From positions 19,975 through 83,974 of the forward strand of contig JACRDT010000012.1 in NCBI GenBank assembly GCA_016212795.1: a DNA stretch of 64,000 nt. Reading direction: 5' to 3'. Made by a program: the position numbers and the translations under genes. Below, piece by piece: positions 19,393-28,589 of this stretch (position 1 is the stretch's first letter; every line of letters begins with the position of its first letter). This DNA is from Elusimicrobiota bacterium (GTDB taxonomy: Bacteria > Elusimicrobiota > Elusimicrobia > UBA1565 > UBA9628). The notes below the pieces were generated by a model. That model saw nothing but the letters and a program-made list of their open reading frames with translations. It was not told the DNA's origin and searched no databases.

Positions 19393-20021
19393 GCCAGCAG
19401 CAGGCCCATGGCGTGGAGGGCCGCGCCCGCTTTGAGTTCGCCGCGCGCGAGCTCCCGGAAGCCCAGGCTTTCGTAGAACCCGCGGGGACCGTCGCCGCAG
19501 ACGAGGTGGACGCCCGGCACGCGCTCCTCCCTCAAGCGCAGGATGAAGAGGTCCATGAGGCGCCTGCCCACGCCCTTGCCGTGGAACGCGGGGTCCACGT
19601 TGACGTGCAGGTGGGCGGGATAGATGGTCAGGACGGCGCCGAGGAACTTGAGGGCGAGCCGCCGCGCCGGGTCGGCCTCCAGGCCGAGGAATTTCCTGCG
19701 GAAGGCCCGGGCGTCGGGGCTTTCCTTGAAGACGCCGAGCGACTTCCAGAGGAGGGGCCAGCGGTGCAGGAAATGACGGCGCAGGACGAACGGCGCCGTC
19801 GCCGGGCACCCGGTCAGGTAGCCGATGACCTTGCCGTCGTGCCGCGCGGTGTGCGTCCAGTCCGGCGCCCACCTCTCGTAGGGGCCGACCCAGTACTCGG
19901 CGAAGAACCCCCGGCGCTCCTCGGGGATCCCCTGGCCCGACGACGCCGTCCTGCAGCAGATCCCGCGGATCGCTTCCCAGTCCTGGGCCCCGCCCGGCTT
20001 GCCGTAGGCGATGTCCATCAT
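19389..20021 (-). CDS. GNAT family N-acetyltransferase
   Basis: YPAHLHVNVDPAFHGKGVGRRLM, GVHL and FYESLGF. Confidence 0.85.
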   Translation of the reverse strand: MMDIAYGKPGGAQDWEAIRGICCRTASSGQGIPEERRGFFAEYWVGPYERWAPDWTHTARHDGKVIGYLTGCPATAPFVLRRHFLHRWPLLWKSLGVFKESPDARAFRRKFLGLEADPARRLALKFLGAVLTIYPAHLHVNVDPAFHGKGVGRRLMDLFILRLREERVPGVHLVCGDGPRGFYESLGFRELARGELKAGAALHAMGLLLA

Positions 20022-21610
20022 GGGCGCGTCCCTGCAGGGGATTTCCAGATCGCGCGGTAGCGCTCCAGGAGCTCCTCATAAGACCGGCGGGCCGATTCGG
20101 CGCGCTTGCGGTCGAGGTTCCCCCAGGCCTTGGCGGCGTTGAGGTAGGGCGGCGGCCAGGCCGGGTCGAGGGAGACGGCCGCGTCGAACTCCTCCGCGGC
20201 CTGGCGGAGCCGGCCGAGCTCGAGCAGCGCCGTGCCGAGGTCGTTGCGGATGCGGGCGTCGCGCGGGGCCAGCGCCGAGGCTTCCCGCAGCACGTCCTCG
20301 GCGCCGGCGTATTGGCGCAGCCCCAGCCGGGCCAGCCCGAGGTAGCGCAGGACGCCCGCGTCCCTCGGGGACAAGGCCCTGGCCCGGTCGAGGTCGTACG
20401 CGGCCCCCGGGAAATCCTCGGCCAGGAGGCGGTAGCATCCCCGCAGGTAATGGGAGAACGCGTTCTCCGGCGCGCAGGCGACCGTCTGGTCGCAGAACGC
20501 CTCAGGCTGGCGGTAGGCGCCGCTGCGGGCGGCCGACGAGCCGGCCCAGACCACGGCGACGGCGTAGAAGACGAGACGGCCCTTCATGCCGCGCAGGTGG
20601 GCGGCCAGGGCCAGGCAGGGGCCGGCGGCCGCCAGGTACAGATAGCGGTCGGCGACCGGGTTGTAGTGCGCGAACGCCACGACGTGGAGGAAGGGCGCCA
20701 GCGCGGCGACGGTCCAGGCCAGGCCGAAGAGCGTCGCGGGGTCGCGGCGGCGCAGCCAGGCCAGCGCGGCCGCGGCCGCGGGCAGGAGATAGAGCGCCGG
20801 CCCTGGCTTGAGCGAGCGGACCATGCACAAGGGGAACGGCCAGAGGATCGAGCCCAGGTACCAGCCGAGCGCGAGGTAGGGCTGCCTCGGGGCCGCGATG
20901 TCCAAGGGCCCGGGGGGGACGAGCCAGGCGAACCGCACGAGCAGGTAGAGCCCCGCCGCGGCGGCGTGGGGGAGGGCGGCCGCGAGCAGCCTCGCGCGGC
21001 GGCCGGGCCGCAGGATGGCGATGTCCGCCGCGATCAGGAGGAGCGCGGCCAGCCCCGTCTCCTTGGAGAGCAGCCCCACGACCAGGCAACTCCACGACGC
21101 CGCCAGCCAGGGCGCGGGCTTGCGGGCGCTGGCGGCGCGGTCCCAGCAGAGCCATGCCGCGACGCAGCACGCGGCGGCCATGATGTGCCCCTTGTAGGCC
21201 GAGACGGCGAGGGCCTCCGTGTGCGTCGGGAAGACGAGGAAGAGCGCTCCGGCCAGGGCCGCTTCCAGGCGGCCGGCGAAGCGTCGGGCCGCCAGGTACA
21301 CCGCGAACGAGGCCAGTGCGTGGAGGCCGAGGCCCGCGAGCCGGTAAGCCCAGGCCGGCTCGTGGAGGAAATAGTGGAACAGGGTGACCAGCGGCTGGTA
21401 GGTCCGTTCGGTCGTGAAGGCGAAGTAGCCCGGCGAGAAGAGCCCGGCCGCGAAGTTCCGCCAGGGGAGCTCGAAGACGCCCTGCTTGAGGACGTAGGAG
21501 AGGTCGTCGAGGAATACCGGGGCCGGCAGGATGGCGCCGTAGACGGCCAGGACGCCGGCCGAGTAGGCCGCCGCCACGACCGCCGAGAACCTGGCTTCTT
21601 CGGAGCGCAT
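20018..21610 (-). CDS. TMTC-like multi-pass membrane glycosyltransferase (GT-C-like) with C-terminal TPRs
   Basis: FLDD, YQPLVTL, LFLVFPTHTEA, LLSKETG and VADRYLYL, then TPRs. TATATT 9 nt upstream of the ATG. Confidence 0.75.
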   Translation of the reverse strand: MRSEEARFSAVVAAAYSAGVLAVYGAILPAPVFLDDLSYVLKQGVFELPWRNFAAGLFSPGYFAFTTERTYQPLVTLFHYFLHEPAWAYRLAGLGLHALASFAVYLAARRFAGRLEAALAGALFLVFPTHTEALAVSAYKGHIMAAACCVAAWLCWDRAASARKPAPWLAASWSCLVVGLLSKETGLAALLLIAADIAILRPGRRARLLAAALPHAAAAGLYLLVRFAWLVPPGPLDIAAPRQPYLALGWYLGSILWPFPLCMVRSLKPGPALYLLPAAAAALAWLRRRDPATLFGLAWTVAALAPFLHVVAFAHYNPVADRYLYLAAAGPCLALAAHLRGMKGRLVFYAVAVVWAGSSAARSGAYRQPEAFCDQTVACAPENAFSHYLRGCYRLLAEDFPGAAYDLDRARALSPRDAGVLRYLGLARLGLRQYAGAEDVLREASALAPRDARIRNDLGTALLELGRLRQAAEEFDAAVSLDPAWPPPYLNAAKAWGNLDRKRAESARRSYEELLERYRAIWKSPAGTRP

Positions 21611-21702
21611 CCCCGCCACAATATACGAAAGGCGGCCCGAAGCCGCAACCTCGGAGGGCTTCACGGGAGGCCGGGAGCCCGTCCAGGGCGCCGGACTCAT
21701 AA

Positions 21703-21711
21703 TGCTATAAT
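21703..21711 (+). promoter_or_regulatory. Extended -10 promoter element
   Basis: TG-C-TATAAT upstream of ATG 21760. Confidence 0.6.
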
Positions 21712-21759
21712 CTTCCTCGCCGTCGGGTCCGTCTCTTCCCCGCGGGACCCCGTTTCGAT

Positions 21760-24339
21760 ATGTCCAACGCGCCGACCCTCAAGGACCCCGTCGCCGTCCT
21801 GCGCCGCTCCCGGCTGATGCAGTCCTTGCCGGAGGCCGGGCTGAAAGCCGTGTCGGCCGCCATGCGGCCCAGGGCGTTCGACCCTGGCCGGCTGCTCATC
21901 AAGCAAGGGGAGCCGGGCGGCTGCTTCTACCTCATCGCGTCCGGCTTGGTCGAGGTGCAGGTGCGCACGGAGGGGGGCACGACGGCCGTCGTGGCCACGC
22001 TGCGCGAGGGGGATTGCCTCGGGGAGATGTCCCTCCTGTCGGGCGACGTCACCTCGGCGGACGCGCGGGCTCTCGAGCGGACCGAGACCCTGGCGCTGGA
22101 AGCCGGCGCCTTCGACGCCCTCCTGCAGGCCCATCCCGAGCTGCTGCGCGAGTTCGTCCGCATCCTGTCGCGCCGGCTGGGCGCGACCGACGTCGCGGTG
22201 GGGCTGGCCCGGGAGGACGAGAAGGCCCTCGCCCAACTGCTGCGGGAAGGGAAGGCCGACCAGTACGGCGAGCTGATCGGCAAGCACGCGACGATGACAG
22301 CGCTGAACCGGGAGATCGACAAGCACGCGTCGTCGGATGACCCTTTGCTCGTCCTGGGCGAGCGCGGCACGGGCAAGGAGATCGTGGCCAGGCTGGCCCA
22401 CCTCCGGGGGCCCCGCAAGGACGCGCCGATCGTCAGCGTGCAGTGCGACCAGATCAGCGAGACGCCCTGGGGCGACAAGCTCTTCGGCCTCCACCACAAG
22501 GGCGCCGGCACCCCGCGCTCCCGCGGCGTGTGCTACATGACCCTGGCGGAAGGCGGGACGCTCGTCCTCAAGGATGTCGAGCTGCTCCCCGTCCCCATCC
22601 AGGAGCGGCTGGCGGAGTTCATCGAGAAGAACCCGGGGGCCAAGGCCGGCCTGCGGTTCATCGCGACCTCCCGGGCGCGCCTGGTCGAGCTGGCCCAGAC
22701 CGGGAAGGTGTCCGAGTCGCTGGCCCGGGCCTTCGCGGGCGGCGCCATCGTCGTGCCGCCGCTGCGGGACCGCAAGCGGGACATCGGCGAGCTGGCCCGC
22801 CATTTCGTCCGCCGGCACGCCGAGCGGCTCAACAAGCCGGTCCAGGGCCTCAGCGACCAGGCCATGACCAAGCTGGTCTCCCACGACTACCGCGGCGCCA
22901 ACATCCAGGAGCTCAAGGAAGCCCTGGAGCGCGCCGTGGTCCTCACGGACGACAAGACGGTCGGCGCCGAGGAGATCTTCCTCGGCCATCCCGCCAAGGC
23001 GCGGCGGCACATCTTCAACTTCCTGTCCCTCAAGACCGCGCTGGTGCGCCGGGCGCTGGTGGTGGTGCCGAGGATGGTGCGCCCCTTGAGCGCGGTCTTC
23101 TTCGCCTTCATCCTCTACCAGTGCTTCGCCGGGACCCCGCGGGACGGCGGCAACCTGGGCGTCGTGCTGGTGTGGGCGGTCTGGTGGCCGGCGCTGGCCC
23201 TGTCGTTCTTCGTCGTGGGGCGCCTGTGGTGCGCGGTCTGCCCGATGGCCCTGGCCGGGTCCGGAGCGCAGCGGGTCCGGGGGCTCAAGTGGCGCATCCC
23301 GGCGTGGCTGAAAGACCACGACACCTATCTCGCGCTGGCGGGCTTCACCGGCATCATCTGGCTCGAGGAGGCCACGGGGATGCGGCACGCGCCCGTCGCC
23401 ACGGGGCTGTTCCTGCTCTCCATCCTGGCGGGCGCCGCGACCGCGAGCGTCCTCTTCCCCCGTCGGACCTGGTGCCGGCATCTCTGCCCCCTGGGCTTCT
23501 TCGCCGGACTGTGCTCGGAGTCGGCCATGCTCGAGCTGCGGCCGACGGCGGACATCTGCTCGGCCAAGTGCACGGGCCATGCGTGCTACAAGGGCGACGA
23601 GCGGGTCGCGGGGTGCCCCGTGTTCAACCACGTGATGTTCATGGACTCGAACCAGCACTGCGTCCTGTGCATGAACTGCGTGCAGACCTGCCCCAACGAC
23701 TCGGTCCAGCTGAACCTGCGGCTGCCCGCCTCCGAGCTGTGGTCGCGGCCGAACGTGGAGAAGGGCGCGGCCAGGTTCTTCGCCGTGCTGCTGGGCCTTC
23801 TGCCGTGCCTGGCCTTCATCCAGCATTGGGATGCGACGCTCCAGGCGGGGTGGGCGTGGCTCCTGGCGGGGCACCGCACCGCGTCCCTGACCATCATCCT
23901 CGGCCTGGGCGTCGCGGCGCCTCTGGCCCTGCTCGAGTTGATCGTCCGCCCGCTCCACGACCCCGAGGACCCCTTGCCGGCCGAGCGGGTCTGGCGCAAG
24001 GTCCTGGCGTGGGGGCCCCTGGTGACGGCCGGGTTCGCGTGCTATCAGCTCGCCTATCTCCCCGGCATGGGCAACCTGCGGCTCGCCCTGGGGTTCCTGC
24101 CGCTCGAGGGAGGAGGGGTCCGGTCGCTGTGGCTGCCGGTGCTGGGCTTGAGCCGGGTCGCGATCATGGCCGCCGGGCTGATGACCTCCGCGGCCGTCAT
24201 GTGGAAGCTCGCGCATGACGCCAAGGGGAGCGGCGGCAAGAGGCGGCTCTGGGGGCATCTGCTGAACCTGGCCTGCGCCACGGCTTACGCGGCGGCCCTC
24301 ACCCTGCTCATGGTCAGACCCAGGTGGCTGGGATTATGA
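21760..24339 (+). CDS. cNMP-binding + degenerate sigma54-activator AAA+ + membrane 4Fe-4S (polyferredoxin-like) protein
   Basis: LGEMSLL cNMP fold, Walker A GERGTGKE, PPLRDRKRDI, NIQEL, GRLWCAVCP, RTWCRHLCPLG, CVLCMNCVQTCP and many TM helices. Confidence 0.82.
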   Translation: MSNAPTLKDPVAVLRRSRLMQSLPEAGLKAVSAAMRPRAFDPGRLLIKQGEPGGCFYLIASGLVEVQVRTEGGTTAVVATLREGDCLGEMSLLSGDVTSADARALERTETLALEAGAFDALLQAHPELLREFVRILSRRLGATDVAVGLAREDEKALAQLLREGKADQYGELIGKHATMTALNREIDKHASSDDPLLVLGERGTGKEIVARLAHLRGPRKDAPIVSVQCDQISETPWGDKLFGLHHKGAGTPRSRGVCYMTLAEGGTLVLKDVELLPVPIQERLAEFIEKNPGAKAGLRFIATSRARLVELAQTGKVSESLARAFAGGAIVVPPLRDRKRDIGELARHFVRRHAERLNKPVQGLSDQAMTKLVSHDYRGANIQELKEALERAVVLTDDKTVGAEEIFLGHPAKARRHIFNFLSLKTALVRRALVVVPRMVRPLSAVFFAFILYQCFAGTPRDGGNLGVVLVWAVWWPALALSFFVVGRLWCAVCPMALAGSGAQRVRGLKWRIPAWLKDHDTYLALAGFTGIIWLEEATGMRHAPVATGLFLLSILAGAATASVLFPRRTWCRHLCPLGFFAGLCSESAMLELRPTADICSAKCTGHACYKGDERVAGCPVFNHVMFMDSNQHCVLCMNCVQTCPNDSVQLNLRLPASELWSRPNVEKGAARFFAVLLGLLPCLAFIQHWDATLQAGWAWLLAGHRTASLTIILGLGVAAPLALLELIVRPLHDPEDPLPAERVWRKVLAWGPLVTAGFACYQLAYLPGMGNLRLALGFLPLEGGGVRSLWLPVLGLSRVAIMAAGLMTSAAVMWKLAHDAKGSGGKRRLWGHLLNLACATAYAAALTLLMVRPRWLGL

Positions 24340-24749
24340 CGGGCAAGGGAGCGCGGGGCCCGCTCGTGCGGCTGCTCGTCCTCCTCATCGGGCTCCACAG
24401 CTGCGCTCTGGGCCTGCTGATGCTCTTCAAGCCGGGCCTGATGACGCGGCTGTTGGGATTCCCTGGGGGGATCCCGGTCTTCTTCCCGTCGCAGTCCGGC
24501 ATCTTCCTCCTCATCCTGGGGGCGTGCTACCTCCGGGCCCTGTCCGAGAGCTCCTACCTCTGTGTCATCGTCGGCTCGAAGGCGGCGGCCGTCCTCTTCC
24601 TCGTCGCGCACGCGGCCTTCCTCGGCGCGCCTCCCACCGTCTGGCTGGCGGCCGCCGGCGACGGCGGCATGCTGGCCGTCCTGGTCGCGGCATGGCGCTG
24701 GGAGAGCCTTCGGCCGGCGCCGCCGGTCGCGGCGTCCGACCGGCCGTAG
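24336..24749 (+). CDS. Small four-TM membrane protein
   Basis: ATGA overlap with the upstream gene, hydrophobic, FFPSQSGIFL. Confidence 0.7.
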   Translation: MTGKGARGPLVRLLVLLIGLHSCALGLLMLFKPGLMTRLLGFPGGIPVFFPSQSGIFLLILGACYLRALSESSYLCVIVGSKAAAVLFLVAHAAFLGAPPTVWLAAAGDGGMLAVLVAAWRWESLRPAPPVAASDRP

Positions 24750-24759
24750 TCCGCGCGCC

Positions 24760-27147
24760 ATGATCGACCGCCCGTCGGCAGCCAGGCGCCGTCTCTCGGA
24801 CCGGGCCTTGGGCCGGGCGGTCTTCGCCGCGGGTTGGTGCGTATGGCTCGCGCTGGAGGCCTCGCTCCTGCCCGTCGACGTCATGGACCTGGCCTACCTC
24901 CTGTCGCTCGAGCACGGCAGGTGGGTCATCCAGGAGTTGGTCCACCCGGCGTTCGTGCCCCTGCTCGCCGGCTGGCGCGGGCTCCTGGGGCTCTTCGGCT
25001 ACTCGGGCGCGATGCTCTTGCCCGTCGGCGCTCTGAACCTGGCGGCCAGCGCCGGCCTGCTGGCGGGGCTGTTCTTGTGGGTGGAGAGCTGGACGGCCGA
25101 TTCCCTGGCCGCGGCCTTGAGCGTCCTGCTGGCCGGGTTCATGGAGGGCGTCGCCCCGGGCTGCTTGAGGCCCACGCCCTACGCCCTGGCGGCCTGCGCG
25201 AGCGCGGCGTGCCTGGTCCTGTTGTCCGGCCTGGCCCCTGGGGGCCAGGCCGTCGCAGGCGCCGGGAGTTCTTTGCGCTACGCCGCGTCCGGCGCCGCGG
25301 GGGGGCTTGCGGCCTCGCTCCACGCCTCCGCCATGTCCCTGGTCCCCGTCGCCGCGGCGGCCGTGTTCCTCGACGGCCGGGCGCGGCCGTCCCGCGGCCG
25401 CTCGCTGCTGGCGTGGGCGGGGGCGTTCCTGGCGGTGGTCCTCGCCAGCTGCGCCGCCCTCCGCGCCCGCCACGGCATCGGGTGGGAGTTCCTCAGGTCG
25501 ATCGACCCGGTTCGGGCGTTCTTCGCCGTGGAGCAGCACCCCCGGACCTCCATCTTCACGAGCGGGGACCTCGGCAAGCAAGTCGCGGACTATGGGTGGA
25601 CCCTGTTTTGGCAGGGAGGGCCTTTCTTGTTCCTCGTCGCGGCCATGGTGCCGGCCGCGTTCTTCCTCAGGCGCCGCGGTCCCGCCGGGTCGTCGGGATC
25701 CTCCACGCCCGCGCCCGCCTTGCCGCTGGCCGTGTCGTTCCTGAATCTCCTCGCTTTCGCGGCGTTCTTCCTTATCAACAACACCAGCAACGGCTTCATC
25801 TTCGCGGGCCTGCTCCTGCTTCCCCTGCCGCTGGCCCTGGCGGCCGCGGAGCCGCGATTGCGCCGGCTGTTCGTGCCGGCCTCCCTGGCGGCCCTGGCGT
25901 GGAGCGCCCTGTGCCTGCCTCGTCACACGATGGCGCGAAGCAACGACCCGATGCTCGCCGAGGTGCGGTCCCTGGAATCCTTGCTCGGCCCGCGCGACGT
26001 CCTGCTCCTGCCGGGCTCCCCCTATCCCGAGGCGCTCTACCTCCGGCATTTCAACATCCTGGACATCGGCGACTGGGATGACGGCCCGCCCTTCCCGGAG
26101 GTTCCGCGGGCGCGGCCCGGGCCAGGACTGCTGGAGAGGGTGGATTCCTATCTGCGCCGCGGGCGCAAGGTCTTCTTCTCTGCGGGTGATGTGGATTTCC
26201 TCCCGGCTTTGACCCTCCATGGCGCCTGGAAGGACCGCCAGGTCTTCATGCCGGCCAAGCTCGCGCCGGGGGACAGAAAGGAGGAGGCGGCCGGCCTCAT
26301 GCGGCTGTTCGGGTCCCGCTTCGAGCTCGCCGCGGCCGGCCGCTCGCCCCGCGGCGTGGTTTTTTATCGGTTGGCCAGGCGCGGCGTCCTCAGGACGGGC
26401 TCCGAGGTTGGCGCTGGCGGACTTCCCGGCGAGCGCCGCTTCTCCCTGGATGCCGGCCGTTGGCGGGTGGGGTACCTCCGGCGCTGGCTGGCGCTCGCGC
26501 CGGAAGACGAATATGCGCTGCGCGACTTGGACGAGGCGGTCGCCGAGTCGAAGGTATTTTTCCCCGCGGACAGGGGTCTCGTCGTCGAGGCCGCGAGCTT
26601 GGCCGGGCTCTGGGCCGTCCGGATGGGCAGGCCCCGGCTGGCCGCCTCGATCCTCGAGCGCGCGGCGCGGGCCCGGCCCGACGACGCCGAACTCCAGGGC
26701 GAGCTGGCGTCCGCGGCGTGGTCTTCAGGGCAAAGGGACGCGGCCCTTCGGGCCCTCTCCAGGGCCGAGTCGCTCCGGCCCGACGAGCGCAACCGGCACC
26801 GCATGGCCATCCTCCACATGGAGCTCGGCCGCCACCGGCCCGCTCTCGAGCTCCTCGACGGCTTGGTCCGCGAGCATCCGGTCGACGGCCGCTACCTCAG
26901 CGACCGCGGCATCGTCAAGGAATACCTGGGGCTGAGGAAGGAAGCCCTGCGGGACCTGCGGTCCGCGCTGGAGCGTGACCCCGGCTGCCTGCCAGCGGCG
27001 CTCAGCCTGGGCGGGATCTACTCCTCGCAGGGGCGCCCGCGGGAAGCCCTGGCCGTCTACGACAAGGCTCTCTCCCGCCCCTCCTCGGCCGAGCTGCGTC
27101 CCCTCCGGGAGCGGGTCCTCGCCGAGAGAGCGAAGCTGAAGCCCTGA
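24760..27147 (+). CDS. Multi-pass membrane (GT-C-like) protein with C-terminal TPRs
   Basis: About 10 hydrophobic segments followed by a soluble domain and TPRs (YLSDRGI, LSLGGIY). Confidence 0.65.
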   Translation: MIDRPSAARRRLSDRALGRAVFAAGWCVWLALEASLLPVDVMDLAYLLSLEHGRWVIQELVHPAFVPLLAGWRGLLGLFGYSGAMLLPVGALNLAASAGLLAGLFLWVESWTADSLAAALSVLLAGFMEGVAPGCLRPTPYALAACASAACLVLLSGLAPGGQAVAGAGSSLRYAASGAAGGLAASLHASAMSLVPVAAAAVFLDGRARPSRGRSLLAWAGAFLAVVLASCAALRARHGIGWEFLRSIDPVRAFFAVEQHPRTSIFTSGDLGKQVADYGWTLFWQGGPFLFLVAAMVPAAFFLRRRGPAGSSGSSTPAPALPLAVSFLNLLAFAAFFLINNTSNGFIFAGLLLLPLPLALAAAEPRLRRLFVPASLAALAWSALCLPRHTMARSNDPMLAEVRSLESLLGPRDVLLLPGSPYPEALYLRHFNILDIGDWDDGPPFPEVPRARPGPGLLERVDSYLRRGRKVFFSAGDVDFLPALTLHGAWKDRQVFMPAKLAPGDRKEEAAGLMRLFGSRFELAAAGRSPRGVVFYRLARRGVLRTGSEVGAGGLPGERRFSLDAGRWRVGYLRRWLALAPEDEYALRDLDEAVAESKVFFPADRGLVVEAASLAGLWAVRMGRPRLAASILERAARARPDDAELQGELASAAWSSGQRDAALRALSRAESLRPDERNRHRMAILHMELGRHRPALELLDGLVREHPVDGRYLSDRGIVKEYLGLRKEALRDLRSALERDPGCLPAALSLGGIYSSQGRPREALAVYDKALSRPSSAELRPLRERVLAERAKLKP

Positions 27148-27175
27148 TCCCGATCCCGGCTTGGCGTATGCGAGG

Positions 27176-27526
27176 TCAGTCCCACATGCGCCTGGTCGGG
27201 ACGCCGAGCGTCCTTTCCGCGATAACGGCGGATATGCGCTTGCGCGGGATCGGCAGCACGACCAGATCGCAATAGAGCGCGTCGAAGAGTTTGCGCAAGG
27301 TGGCGAGCTGCGGCTCGAAATGCCCTTTCTCCATCGACGCCAGGTTTCCCTGGGAGACTCCCGCGCGCCCAGCCAGCTGGCGCTGAGTCATGTGCAGAGC
27401 GACGCGCAGGGTCCGAACCCATTGGCCCGCCTCAAGGCGCACGGCGGCGGGCGGCGCGGCGCCGGCGCATTGGAGCCGGTGCAGGGCTCTCCTGTGAGCG
27501 ATCGTCACGCCGCTGAGCTTGGGCAA
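27176..27526 (-). CDS. XRE-family HTH protein resembling 'mobile mystery protein A'
   Basis: TTG start with GGAGG upstream. WVRTLRVALHMTQRQLAGRAGVSQ...EKG...LATLRKLFDALYCDLVVLP. Confidence 0.8.
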   Translation of the reverse strand: MPKLSGVTIAHRRALHRLQCAGAAPPAAVRLEAGQWVRTLRVALHMTQRQLAGRAGVSQGNLASMEKGHFEPQLATLRKLFDALYCDLVVLPIPRKRISAVIAERTLGVPTRRMWD

Positions 27527-27553
27527 GGGGTCCTCCGAACCTCCATATGGCTA

Positions 27554-27573
27554 TGATTCGACATATCGAATCA
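27554..27573. promoter_or_regulatory. 20-bp palindromic operator, copy 1
   Basis: TGATTCGACATATCGAATCA, about 28 bp upstream of the XRE start. Confidence 0.7.
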
Positions 27574-27755
27574 AAATCACACGGACATGAAAAGGGCCCC
27601 TGCCCCCGGTCGGAGAGCGGCGCCGCGCTTCGACCTCGGCGGGGGCGAAGGGTCGAAGTCCACGATGACCGCCCACATGCGCCTGGTCGGACGTCTGGCG
27701 CCCTTCGTTTCGGCGCTAAGCCCCGGAAGGCGTCGTTTGGGTTCCCATGCAGCTA

Positions 27756-27775
27756 TGATTCGACATGTCGAATCA
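27756..27775. promoter_or_regulatory. 20-bp perfect palindromic operator, copy 2
   Basis: TGATTCGACATGTCGAATCA with flanks similar to copy 1. Confidence 0.7.
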
Positions 27776-27891
27776 AAACGATATGGACATCAAAGGGGCC
27801 CCCCTTTGAACTCGGCGCCGTTGAGGTCAGTCGGGCCCTGCTTGGAGTCCTGAACGTCCTGTTTGGCAGTAGCGGCGGCGGTCTGATAGCG

Positions 27892-28368
27892 TCAGGAGCG
27901 GCCGGATTCGAGGGCCTTGATGCGGCCCTCGTGGTCCTTGACCTGGGCCTGGACTTCGGTCAGGGAGTGGCCGTGGAGCACGGCGGCCCGGTCGTAGCTC
28001 TGCGCCTTGCCGGCGAAGGAGTCGATGGCGCTAAGGATGCGCTGGATGTCCTCCTTGGTGGAGAGCCCTTTCATCGTTTGCTGAATGCCGCGGATATCTG
28101 ACTGCGTTTGCACGATTGCCTTGGCGAGGCGGTGCTGGACTCCTTCGATCTTTCCGTCCAGACGAGTCTCGACGGCCTTGAGCTCGCCGCGCAGGGCATC
28201 CGTGGTCGTCTTGATGTCGGACTTGAGCTCTCCGCGCACGGTGTCCGCGGTGGATTTGATCTCGCCGCGCAACATGGCCGCGGTGGCCTGAAGTTCTCCC
28301 CGCAGCATGGCTGCCGTGGCATCGAGGTGGCCCCGCGTGGCCGGGCTGCTCGCTTCAGCGTGAGTCAT
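27892..28368 (-). CDS. Coiled-coil protein with 11-residue repeats (DUF1640/apolipoprotein-like)
   Basis: ATAAMLRGELQ / ATAAMLRGEIK / STADTVRGELK repeats. TGA-TATAAT lies 7 nt before ATG 28368. Confidence 0.75.
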   Translation of the reverse strand: MTHAEASSPATRGHLDATAAMLRGELQATAAMLRGEIKSTADTVRGELKSDIKTTTDALRGELKAVETRLDGKIEGVQHRLAKAIVQTQSDIRGIQQTMKGLSTKEDIQRILSAIDSFAGKAQSYDRAAVLHGHSLTEVQAQVKDHEGRIKALESGRS

Positions 28369-28589
28369 GTCGTCCATTATATCATTCCCCCGGAACCGCG
28401 TAAGAGTCGAAAGCCCCATCCGGCCGTGGGCCTCCGCCATGTATACGAATGAAAGGCCCATTTGGTTCCGCGCGCTGGAATGCCCACGATCTGGCGGTCA
28501 AGAGAAACGCTGCCCGATTCCCGCCTCTGCGTTGTCGAAATAGGATAGAATGAACCACTGACCGGACTCACGCAGGACGGGGTGGCACG

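Noticed and set aside
27594..27838. Hairpins as integron attC sites
   Set aside because: No RYYYAAC/GTTRRRY core sites and no integrase in the window.
27547..27853. Palindromic direct repeats as a CRISPR array, or plus-strand ORFs 27547-28101 and 27587-27853
   Set aside because: Only two copies 202 bp apart, no cas genes, and the ORFs have no recognisable motifs and run across the operators and hairpins.
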